The notes under the pieces were generated by a model. That model was not told where the DNA came from. It ran no database searches and saw only the letters and a program-made list of their open reading frames with translations. From NCBI RefSeq assembly GCF_006345805.1, contig NC_042998.1:107446001-107510000 (forward strand): a DNA stretch of 64,000 nt. Direction: 5' to 3'. The translations under genes and the position numbers were made by a program. Positions 36,554-48,715 of this stretch are shown here, in pieces (position 1 is the first letter of the stretch; the number at the start of each line of letters is the position of its first letter). This DNA comes from Octopus sinensis (Eukaryota).

Positions 36554-39500
36554 TTTATTAACCTCTTCGTTCAACTCCATTTATTTACCTATTCGTGTAT
36601 ATATATATATATATATATATGAAATATTTACAAAATGCTTGACATTTTTATCTATTTACAAATGGTGAATCTATTACAGAACACCTATATATTTATAGAT
36701 CTATACTAAAAATCATTCCAGCCATGATCACAGCTTGTTTTCGTAGTATTTGCAGCAATTTTTAAAGATAATGGTATGATTTGGATTAATATTTGGCTGT
36801 TATTTCTAAAAAAATCAAATGACTACGTTGAGGCTTCTTTTTTGGGCTCATCAATATACAAATTTAAAAAATTCTTCACAGAAAGATGGAAGCCAGAAAG
36901 TTTTCTTTCAAACGCCTGCAAACTTATGTTGAGACTACAAAGAGGTATTTTAGAAACTTAGTATGAAACAAAAATAATTTTTCATAATCAAGCATTTTCT
37001 TCATATTTGAATTACTTTTTGCTCAGTAAACATTTCCGATGATGTTATGGCTGGTTGAGAATCAGTAGTAGAGTCGCGTATTTAACAAGATTACATTGAA
37101 GAGTTAAACAATTACAGTTTAATAAGACTTATTTAAAGATTAGAGTATAAAAAAAACTTAATAGAAGACGGTGGATTAAGGGTGAACGCAATATGTGGCA
37201 AGTATCTCGTATTCCTTTGTATTCCACAAATATGATTTCAATATGTATTTTATTGGGCCAAAACAAAAGAAAAAATCGTCCTCAAGACTGGATAAACAAT
37301 TACAGGTTACCACACAGAGTGTGTCACAGGATTAAGTGAGATAAAACCAGCTGTTTGTATCCAGACTAGCTTAAATGAGGGAGACGCATGCATTGGGCAT
37401 TTCAGCAGCGACCATCTGAACTAGCAACAAATACAAACGGAAATAAGGTACGAGATTAATTTAGTGTTAATAATTGTATAGAATCTCATAATAAATAATG
37501 ATTTCTAACATACACAAGATTATCCATTTTGTTATCGAAGGAGGGAATATTTAATTTAATTTTGGAGGAGGCGTATCGATCGACAATTTCTCATTCGAAC
37601 TAGGCTGTTGTTCAACCGATCAGCCTTGATCGAACAAACCTGTTATCGAAAACATTACAGCATCGATGTGAAGGGAAGCAATGTATCTTTTTGGAAGACG
37701 GAGGCATGAGATTTGGGAGTAATTTGGTTGCTTTTCTAGCAGGCTAGCGACTCCGCAATAGTTCCTATGTTGGCTCCACACATCGTGGTATATAACCGAT
37801 TAAACAAATCCTACAGCACATGAGTGGAACGTAATTCTATAAGCTTCCACAAATGTAGTGACGGTTTGAAAAAGTTAGTTGATCATAGCCGGGTTTGCTT
37901 TACGACAGCGAGAAAAACTAAATCATGATAATACAAATCAAAACATTTCGTTACTTTGGAGCACCAATAGCGTTCCACTACCATTAAAGGAGTAATAGTA
38001 ATTATGGTTTCAAATTTTGACAAAAGGCCAGCATATTTTAGTGGGAGGGGGGTTAGTCCATTTCATTGACTCAAATGGTACTTATTTTATCGAGAAAGAA
38101 ACGATGAAAGGCAAAGTCGACTACGCCGGAACGTAAATGAGGCGGAAGAAATTCTACTAAGCAGTTTGTTAGGCGTAGGTTTTTTTTTTTTTATAAAACA
38201 CGGATATTCGATTTATACAGAGGGCTGGATTGACAATAAAGATGCATGGCCGTCGAGCAGTTCTAATGAGCATTAAGCATGTTTATATGAGAGTGTGCAA
38301 TAAAAGGGAATCAAAACCACGCATTACATAACATGGAACAAGGCTTGGAGTTTGTTGCACAGGACCGCAGTCTGAAAAAAGTGACGAGCACATGGTAGAA
38401 AAACAGAGAACAATGCAATGTGTGCATGTTATATGACTCGAAGTAAGTTGGTCGTATACAAACGAATCGAGAGTACATCTACGCAATACTTAATAGACTA
38501 GAACGACAGTCTCCCTCTAATCACGCTATCGACCTAAGGTAACATTGGATTAAGTAGCACTAAATGCACACTAGATAAAACGAGCTAACAATCCTCTTGT
38601 ACATTCAAGACTACACCATCTTTAATATGTGTGGTGAAACTTGAGATGGCAAGCAGGTAAAAGAAGATTTTAAAAAATGCTTCAAAAGGTCGCTCGACCT
38701 GCTGAAAAGCGAGGCCAAACCATCTAAAAAATTACATTATATGGTCTTAAAAAAAGAAAGGACTGGGGAGATGTGGTTCTAGATATGTAAAAGAAATGCA
38801 GCATGATCAGAGTTGGAAATTTCATAATAGATCTGCTCCGTCTATATATAAAAATAAACATAGTAATAGGAATAAAATAGTAAAAAAAAAAAAAATTTTT
38901 TTTAAAGAAAATATAAAATAAATTATAAACTTGTAAAACATTTGGTTAATATCTTTCCACCGGGTGCGGATCTAGATATTAACCAAACATTTTAAAAAAT
39001 AAAGCGAAGACAATGGTGATTATGAAGTATCCTGGCACTTTTTCGTTAGTCCTCCGCATTTCAAATCGATGGATATTTCTTAGAGACAGTAAAGTGGCAT
39101 AGCCAACATCTACCATCCCCACAATTTTGCCTTAATCTGCTCAAATCATGATCACATGTAGTAATGAAAACAGTCCGAAATGTATTCGTCGTGAAACAAC
39201 AATTGCAATGTCTTAAAAAAATTTTTTTATGTGGTTATTGATCGAAGTTTTCAAATAAATTTTCAGTAAGTTATAAAAATGTAGTAAGTAGACAGTCACA
39301 TTTCGTTATGTCAAAAGGGTTAAATCATTAACATGACAAGACTGAAGATGCTGTGGTCGCGCAAATTGCTAGAAGTAGCAACCAAATCTACCTCAAATCA
39401 CTAATCTAAAAAAAAAAGGACACATCTGATAATGTAGTTAGACATTCTATGAAGAGAGGATGGCTATGGCTGGAACGCCTTTGCTCAAGCTCCGTTTTAT

Positions 39501-40151
39501 TAAGCCATGAGGACTCTTAACGAAATACACAGCTTATATATATATTTATATATACACACATACATTATACATGAAGTCTAAACTAGAGGAATATTTTTCT
39601 CACCAAAGTGTATTTTATTTTGGTATTTCAATATGAAAATACTTTTAGATAACAAAAAAGTGAAAATGAAAATAAAAACATAAAACTTTAGTCTTTCAAT
39701 AACATTCCACAAGAACAAAATTAAAAATGAAAGCTTTGCTAGAACTGAAAGGAAAAAAAAAGCGAAACCTATTGAGGTTTTATCAGAGGATAAAAACCAT
39801 GTTTTAATTACAGAGCATTTCAACATAGTACGTAAAGCTCCAGTGAAGTTTTAAATTCAAATCTCTATCTTTTTGAATAAAATTTATACGTGCATATTAC
39901 ACAAATGCGAAGATTATGTTCGTGATATAGATATAAATATAGTGTAGTTTTGAGCGGTAAACAGCTAACAGAGCAGCCATATTGTAAAGTGTCTGACCTA
40001 CATAGAGACACACACACGTTTAGATTAGTCTTTGTACTCGGTTAGCATGTTTTTAAATCACCGATTATCGTACAATCTACATAAAAGGACACAGCAGGGC
40101 AGACATAAGAAAAATGACCAGTGAATAAGAGATAGTTTTTAGTCTTTTTAC

Positions 40152-40175
40152 CTTAAAGAACCCTGCATCCGTCAT
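40152..40175 (-). CDS. SRRM1: SRRM1/SRm160 coding exon 1 (MTDAGFFK)
   Basis: Minus strand reads ATG ACG GAT GCA GGG TTC TTT AAG|gtaaaa; matches the known SRm160 N-terminus MDAGFFR; phase 0. Confidence 0.93.
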
Positions 40176-40573
40176 GATTGCGGTATTTATGCAGCTTCTA
40201 TCTAGAGAACGTGCAAAAAATCCCAGGCAAAAAGTTACCCACAATGCATTTGTATGTTGCTATTAGTACACAGTTTCCAGTGGTTATCTACTCCTGTTAT
40301 CGCTGCATCTCTTAAGGGGGAACCACTATTGCATACACGTGTGTACTTTTGATCTTTTAACGTTGTGTAGTAATAATCATAATATATATATATATATATT
40401 ATATACACACACTCGCTCCCTCTCCTTATTTATATATTTACTAATATTTAGCAGAAGCAACAGAGAGACTCAAGAGCCGAGAGTTTCGTGTGTTAGCACT
40501 TATTTGGTAAGTGTTAATGCACGAAACTCTCGCCCCTTGACTCACTCTGTTTATCTACTAAATAGTAATAAAA

Positions 40574-41140
40574 GGCGGCGAGCTGGCAGAAACGTTAGCA
40601 CGCCGGGCAAAATGCGTAGCCGTATTTCGTCTGCCGTTACGTTCTGAGTTCAAATTCCGCCGAGGGCGACTTTGCCTTTCATCCTTTCGGGGTCGATTAA
40701 ATAAGTACCAGTTACGACTGGTGTCGATATAATCGACTTAATCCGTTTGTCTGTCCTTGTTTGTCCTCTCTGTGTTTAGCCCCTTGTGGGTAGTAAAGAA
40801 ATAGGTATTTCGTCTGCCGCTACGTTCTGAGTTCAAATTCCGCCGAGGTCGACTTTGCCTTTCATCCTTTCGGGGTCGATAAATTAAGTACCAGCTAAGC
40901 ACTGGGGTCGATGTAATCGACTTAATCCCTTTGTCTGTCCCCTTCTGGGTAGTAAAGAAATAGGTATTTCGTCTGCCGTTACATGCTGAGTTCAAATTCC
41001 GCCGAGGTCGACTTTGCCTTTCATCCTTTTAGCGTCTATTAAGTACCAGTTATGCACTGGGGCTGATGTAATCGACTTAATCCCTTTTTTTGTCTTTGTT
41101 TAACTCCTCTACGTTTACCCCCTGTGGGCAATAAATAAGT
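40574..41140 (+). mobile_element. Head-to-tail array of three CpG-rich tRNA-derived SINEs just upstream of SRRM1
   Basis: Units ~40574-40804, 40805-40963 and 40964-41140; only unit 1 has the A box, all have the gagttcaaattcc B box. Confidence 0.9.
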
Positions 41141-41789
41141 ATGAATAAAATACATGTATATATATATATGTATGTATGCGTGTGTGTGTATACTATATTG
41201 TTTTCAAGTCTGCTTTCCAATGCTTGCATGGATTGGACAGGGTTTATTGAGGCAGATTTTCCATAGCTGGATGCCCTTCCCATCAACAACCTTTACCTCT
41301 TTCCCCATCGACAGAGATATTTTTGCAGAATATTGGAAGTTAATGACATTTATTTACAACAATCCCGCAATGTTGGAACAAGGACACACACACATTCACA
41401 TTGGGATTCTTACAGTTCCCATGTAGCAAATTCATTCACAAGAGCATTGGACAGCCCATGCTATAGGAGAAGACATTTGCTCAAGGTGCCACGTGGTGGA
41501 ACAGAACCCAAAACATGGTTGGGAAGCAAACTTCTTAACGACACAGACTCTCTAGCACTCAATACATGTAAGCCAATGAAGTCACACACTTCAGGACTAT
41601 CAGGGCTCAATTAAGGATTACAAACCGAACTTTACCTCTTACCTCAAGTGTTGTCTGATGAATCCTGTAAAGCTGGAGATCAATCTGGTGAGCAAGTGTC
41701 TGTTTATGAAGCTCAGTCACATTAGGAGAGCCTCTGACCTTGCATTTCAGTGTAGTGTCAATAAGGTCATTACATAGTTTAAAACCAAT

Positions 41790-42260
41790 AACAGTAGATG
41801 TAGAGCAAGGTTTACTTAATCTGATATAGTGGAGTTTAATCCCCCAATATCGAGGGTTTTGTTATATATGGTGCTGAATTTAGCTCAGGCCTATACAGAA
41901 ATGGGTAATCAAACATTATCATGTATTCCAGAAAAATTCTGCTCTTCAACAAGAGAATGCCCCAAGTCAAACAAATTGACAGGAAAGGCTCCTTCAATGC
42001 ATTGATGGGGGCATTTGACAGTGCTGATGTGTGCGACCTCATTTGCTTTTTTTATCAACTAAGTTTGCTCTTACGATGCTTTAGTGATTTCAACAGGGGC
42101 GAACAGCCACACACTTGATAGGTTTAGGAAAAACTCATACTCTGAATTATCTTTAACTCAAGGTCACCATGGAAATCAACCTGAAATGGATGATTCCCTT
42201 GATTTGACCTTAAACTTAGACACTGGTGCTCATAAATCCTTTAAGGAATTGAATGAGAAG
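41790..42260 (+). mobile_element. Penelope-like element reverse transcriptase relic
   Basis: Translates to DIVEFNPPI, SRKILLFN, MGAFDSADVCDLI and DLTLNLDTG, matching PLE RT motifs DI..FYPSI, MGSFDGAEVCEL and LDVTLNL. Confidence 0.75.
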
Positions 42261-44080
42261 TTGTATATTGGTTTCAAATTTTGGTACAAGGCCAGCAGTT
42301 TAGAGGGAGGGTTAAGTCGATCACATTGACCCCAGTGATTACAGGTACTTTTTTTATCGACCTCGAAAGGATGAAAAGAAAAGTCAATCCTGGTGGCATT
42401 TGAATCCTGAAAGCAAAGATGGACAGAATGCCACAAGGCCAGCTTGCTAACGATTCTGCTGGCGCACCACCTTCAGGCTGTTATATATTAAAAACAGCTT
42501 TTTATCATTTGGCCACAGTGTTCAGGTAGCTGGTTAAAGGATGGGGTGGAGGGAGTCAGTTAAAGAATCTTCGATCTGTTTTCAAATAAGGAGATTTTCA
42601 ACATTGTGTTTCCTTTTCTAACACTTCTTTCCCTTTTTAATTGTTTCGTTGAATTTCAAATAATTTTACCTTTGAAACTAAAAGACGAAATATATCATTG
42701 ACTATTGAAACACAAATTTTCTATTAGTATACTATTGAATATCAATTAAAGTGAACACTTTGTTTTTTACATTAGCGTTGTGTTGTGGAATTGAAAATAA
42801 AAAACAAAATTTCAAGAGTTCACTTTCTATTTGTCACTTATGTGCGCCTCTGATGTGTTTGACTGCACTTTCACAATTATAACACTCATTTATGTGAGGA
42901 CATCTGGAATTTCCAATAATATAGGGTGATATTGTTGCAAGATGATTGGTTAGTATTCAAGGAAGTTGCATGATCTGATGTAGTCCCAGTCTAGTTAGTA
43001 CACCTACACGGTTTCGAAACTAGCCCTTGCTACAACTCCGTCTATTTGGCAAATTGTTCAACTCATGGCCATAAATTTATTCAAGTTTTGAAGCAAACAA
43101 GCACTCAACAATATTTTTAACCACTTCACAATTAATAACCTATTTACTCTCCTCATAATGTTGCAATGGTCTGAAAAGATGATAGTCAGATGAAGTAACT
43201 TAAGTAGAGTAAGTGGGATAAGGCAAAACTTCCATATTTAGTGCTATAATCTTTTCCTGAGTCACTTGAGCAATATGTGGACTTGCATTATTGTATTCTA
43301 TTATCCATTCTGCAGGTAATTTAATTCATTTTTTATTGACTGTTAGATGAATGGATAGAAAAAGTAGAGCAGGTGAAAGTTGTGTAGTCATGCGATGACA
43401 GGTTATGTGAGTACTCCTTTGGGAAGAGGCCAAGTGAAGAGAAATTAAACGGATTTTGGGTTCTGTATTTATATTTTTTCTAACTAAATTCGGTCAAGTT
43501 AAACAGAGAATTTTTCATCTCCTATCTGCCTTGACCTAAGTTATACTCAAAAGGTTACAGGTTAACAGGTAGCTCTCATAAATTTCCTATTGCGAAATCT
43601 GAGAACAATAAGAAGAGAACTTGTAGAACATGTAGATTTGGTTTCAAATCCTGATTTAGAATCTAGGAAGCTATTCGTTACACAGCTGTCCTCATCCATA
43701 TGCATCACAGCTCCCGTGTACAGATATACATTTACCTTTGTGATAGTTTAATTTCATGCCACTAGCCCCTCTGAATTGTTTCTTTTAGTTCATTCATTTA
43801 CTATAGGTCATAAATGTACATTATTTACAATTAACAGATATTTGTCCTCATCTTGTTTGTTGTTAACACAACGCTTCAGCTGATATACCCTCCAGCCTTC
43901 ATCAGGTGTTTTGGGGAAATTTCGAACCTGGGTTCTCATTCCTAAGGTATTTTTGATGTTGTTATTATTATTATTATTATTATTATTCAGGTCACTGCTT
44001 GGAATTGAACTTGGAATCTTGGGGTTAGTAGCTCATGCTCTTAACCACTACGCTATATTCCCATGGCATAGTGATTAAGA

Positions 44081-44685
44081 GTGCTGTCTCATATTAAAAT
44101 CAACTCCGAATGGGCATTTATTTATGCATGATTATATTACAGTACTTACATAATTATACAGATGCCAGGTTTGTGATGCAGCCTGCCAATAATAAATGAG
44201 GTTTATAGTTGAATTAATAATAGATAAGAAGGTCTTTGTACAAGAGGTGGGAACATAGTCCATGATTCTTTTAACCTAGGGTTGAGCAGCGACCAAGAAA
44301 CTTGTCTTCGTACAAACTTGTTTGTCACTTATGTGCTTGACTGCACTTTCACAATTATGACACTCATTTACGTGTCCTCACGTAAATGAGTGTCATAATT
44401 GTGAAAGTGCAGTCAAACACATCAGAGGCGCACATAAGTGACAAACAAGTTTGTATGAAGACAAGTTTCTTGGTCGCTGCTCAACCCTAGGTTAAAAGAA
44501 TCATGGACTATGTTCCCACCTCTTGTACAAAGTCCTTCTTATCTATTATTAATTCAACTATAAACCTCATTTATTATTGGCAGGCTGCATCACAAACCTG
44601 GCATCTGTATAATTATGTAAGTACTGTAATATAATCATGCATAAATAAATACCCATTCGGAGTTGATTTTAATATGAGACAGCAC
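44081..44685. repeat. Near-perfect palindrome, arms 294 and 307 bp, 4-nt loop at 44375-44378
   Basis: Arms differ by 3 substitutions seen by eye and one 13-nt deletion. Confidence 0.95.
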
Positions 44686-45228
44686 ACAATCTAAACTTCA
44701 TAGCAATTAATCAAATCCCATTGCAAACAGTCTGACAGGATCCATGCGATCACGTGACCAACCAGGTTATCAGATGTTCTTACACATTACTGGTTACAAT
44801 GGACCTTTGCATTATTTTAGCCTTCAAATGATGCCACCCTGCTGGCTAGGCGAGCAGGCCAACATTTCCCACTGATCGAAGTGGAGACTGGAGCAACATG
44901 AAATGAAGTGTTTTGCTCAAGAACACAACACGCCACCCAGTCAGCGATCGTGAGTCCAATAGCCTAACCACTAGGCCACGCGTCTTCACCTGACAGGATT
45001 ATATTATCTACAATGAGAAGGACTAAGGCAGCAAGCTGGCAGAATCATTAGCATGCTTCTAAGTGTTATTCAAGTGTACATGAGTGATTTTCGGCGGTAT
45101 TTTCAGTGTTAACATCGTTTATTTTGTTTCAGTGTTTTAAACACTTCGATTAATTGCTTTTGTGCTGCTTTGTAGCAATTTGTTTATGCTTCCCCTCCTC
45201 ACAGAGGAGGGTTGGCTTAGTAAAAAGG

Positions 45229-46130
45229 ATGTCTAAAGAAGACCTCAGTTTTTCAGATATGTTGTCTTCAGCGGAAGAATTTTTGAAAATAGTCAAGAAA
45301 ATGAATGAAAAATTAAATGAAGAAAAGAGAAACTTTGTGGACGTGGCAAGTGTCAGGAAAATGATATTAATATTGGTGAATTTGAAAATTACAAAAATTT
45401 ACCAAGTTGGGATGGATTTGATGTTGTACCCCCAACAAGAGATGCTTAATAATATGAAGGAACAATTTTGGACAAAACATTTTCAATAATTAAAGGAAAA
45501 ATTGATGTCATGACCATGGATCAAATAGAAAAAGCATTAAGACCAATATGGCATGAAATTGTGTACCTTGCAAGAGGTACTAAGTTTGGAGTAGTGGAGG
45601 TGATATCCAAGGACATGACAAAAAAGCATGCAGCAACTACCATTAAGAGTGAGGAAGTGGTGCTTTTGCCCACTTACCATGGATAACATGCGACCAAAAT
45701 TAGGGTAGAGGGAATTTTGCCAGAGATAGATGTGGCCAGGATACCAACTGCTGTCCTTCTGAGAAATGAGGACAACATAGCGGTTCTCCAGGCCACAAAA
45801 ACGCAAAGTGTTATATGGAAGGGACAGACACTGGACATGATTATTCAAGGCTTAACTGAAACCATAGAAAACATTACAGAAACAATAATTATGGATGACG
45901 TGGTAATGAGGGTCAGGGTGAAGGGCAGAATCCCTTGATGCTTTAAATGTGGCCTGAAAGTTCACATCAGAGTGGACTGCCCTTCAGCAACCAAAAAGAT
46001 GGAGGAGATACAAGAGGAAGAACCCCAGAAAGAGCAAAAAAATAAGGAGGAAGAAAAAATATCAACAGAGGTAGAGCAGAAAGAAACAGACAATGAATGG
46101 GAAACAACAGGAAAAAGGAACAGGATATCA
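45229..46130 (+). mobile_element. Gag-like ORF1 relic of a non-LTR element, probably Tx1/L1
   Basis: CCHC knuckle CFKCGLKVHIRVDC at 45939-45980 followed by an acidic/lysine tract; frameshifted. Confidence 0.7.
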
Positions 46131-47719
46131 AGCTTTGATGCCGTACGACTGTTTCAAGTGGCTCCATTTAATTGAACGATGCAATTATTACATCAATTTA
46201 AATACAGGGCTATCCTCAACTGCACAAATAAATAAATAGAATTTTAATCAAGGACACAATATAATTTTACTCAAATACTCTAATAGAGCAAGAAGATAGA
46301 AAAAAATACATGCTGTCCCTATTGTGGCTAAGAATATACTACACTTCCAAGAAATGCATGAAGTTTGTTGGGGTCATAGCTTGTAAAGGATAGTGGTTCA
46401 TTTTTAATTTATTTATCTTTTTATCAATTACTAAATCTAAGACTACAGGACTGTGTCTGTATAAAATGAAGGGCGGGAGTGAGTTGACAGCTCATAGCTA
46501 GGTATGATCACAAATGTCAAGATTTTAGGAGTAGTGTAAAGTAACTGTCTTTAAAGGTGGCTGGGTAGGGAAAGACCCCCCACCCACCTGAATCAAGATG
46601 TTAATTACCAGTTAAAGGAACAAGACACTAATAAAACCTATGATGTTAATACAGAGGAAATTTTATCATGGGCTACTATGGGTGATTGTTTATAAACAAT
46701 AATGTTATGTTGTATAAAGATAAAATTTAAGATTATCAAATATGATATCTTAACCCAAATAGATAAAATGTGTATATATACCAATTTTCAACATTAGAAA
46801 GGAAAGATTACATAGAATCAGTTTAATATTCATTCGTGTACTTAATTATTTACTTATTAGGTGGTTTCAATATAGACTGCTCTGGGCATTTACTTATGAA
46901 ATACTGGAAAGATAAACATGCTATCTATATATTGATTATAAGCTAAGAATCAGAAAAAAAAAAAAGTTGTGTACAGATATACACACATATTTATCTATGT
47001 GCAAACATACACAAATATTTATACATTATTATGGATATATTATAATCAATTTGCATAGACTTAAATAACTAGAAAGTATATATCCCTATTTAAGAACAGT
47101 AACAACTTGTAAGGGATAAGAGGTTAATAGGTAAGGATATCAAAATAAGAATTTATAGAGAATAGTAAGAAATATATATAACTTACATTTAAAGAGACAG
47201 GATATTAAAATTTGAGGTAGGGAAGAGATAAAGACAACTCCAAAGAGGAAGCAATAGGTATGGGAGTAGCAAGGGCAGCTGGAGGTACCGAAGAGGTATT
47301 TTATAAGTTGCAAAGTTACCGGTGCTATTACATACATGATTTTATAGTTTCTTGCGGGTATATAATTAGGAGACTTACTTACATAAAAGCCATTACAAAA
47401 ATATATATGATCAGTAGAGTAGAACATCATAGAAAGGAACAAATAGTTTAATCACCAAATGCATGATGAAATCAGACTAACTAGGCAGGATTATTCATGG
47501 GATAGTAACTACATGTAGCACACCACATACGATACCATATAGCTTATAACATATGCAATGCAATTTAATTCACCATATAACTCAGTATCCCATGATTTTA
47601 TTATATATAATACTAGAGGCTAAGTTCACATCAAATATGACACCAAAAATGAATTTCCACCACCTAAGTTCAAGTATAGCACCTATAAACGCTAATTTCG
47701 AAAATATATAATGTATGGG

Positions 47720-48006
47720 TGACCCTATGTACGCATGATACCCTTAGGTCTAATCTATTATTAATCAAGTTGCACTTGTCCCTGTATTTAAAAATCTCAT
47801 AAGTTTCCATAGAGCACATCTCACACCCGTATCGACTGTCTGTATAACGCTGAGCTTTCCTTATTATATCCCATTTAACGGTAAATGCGATTCCACTTTC
47901 CTTCAGTTCCTAAATCTTGCTAGATAAGGATGTACAACTGGCTTTATGTTTGAGTTCAAAAGATGAAAAATGGTTATTAATACATTTTTCCATATTTATC
48001 GAACAT

Positions 48007-48053
<47 letters not shown>

Positions 48054-48710
48054 AAGTTACCAGCCACAGTTATGATTGTTCATTTATAAATTACGTTTTG
48101 GATTAGACACTGGCCTAATAACGGACAGTGGGATTTAACCTACAATGGCAACCAGGAGAATTACTACTATTAATATTATTGATATTCATATCATTATTAC
48201 TATTATTATTAATCCTACTAATACTATCGTATATGTTATTTTCATATCTGTTATTATCTATCCTTCCCTCAACTGTAGTATAATTTAAATTCATCTCATC
48301 ATCAATAGACATGTCAGTAATCTCTGTGCTAGTACAGACCTTCGAGTTACAGTCTATATTGTATATATTAGATGCGTTAGTACTACTGTTTCTATTTCCT
48401 ATGTCACCATTAATATCATTCTCATTGTAGGGGATTTAGTTATTGTTGACAGTAATATTATTACCATATTACCACTTGCTAATTTTATATTCTTTCTATT
48501 TAACTTTGTGTGTATGTATATATATATATATATATACAAATTGAGATAGGGGTTGTAAATGCAACCCTCTATGGGATAACGTATATCCAATATACTGCTA
48601 GTGAAGTACCCAAAAAAGTTAATACATAAATGTTAATGATTGCGATGCAATCAATTCATTTACCGTATTATATGGGCAAAGGTAAAATGATTTACCACAA
48701 ATTACTAATA
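47720..48710 (-). mobile_element. Penelope-like GIY-YIG endonuclease relic
   Basis: Minus strand CHCR..CPLLGQCLIQNVIYK, then YIGCSINMEKCINNHFSSF...VKWDIIRKA...CEMC...SCVHR; split by (TA)n. Confidence 0.8.
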
Positions 48711-48715
48711 CAAGA

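Noticed and set aside
40574-40680. tRNA gene
   Set aside because: A and B boxes are present, but there is no cloverleaf and the sequence runs into a repeated SINE body
40574-41140. CRISPR-like array
   Set aside because: Units are 160-230 bp SINE copies without unique spacers, in a eukaryotic context
42960-43035. CTGATG...CGAAAC hammerhead-like pattern
   Set aside because: A9 is missing, there is no NUH triplet and no adjacent stem I
44230-44320. GAAAC-TT-GTC in the palindrome arm
   Set aside because: No CUGANGA core upstream
48115-48312. Asn-rich ORF
   Set aside because: Low-complexity AAT/AAC expansion inside the Penelope relic
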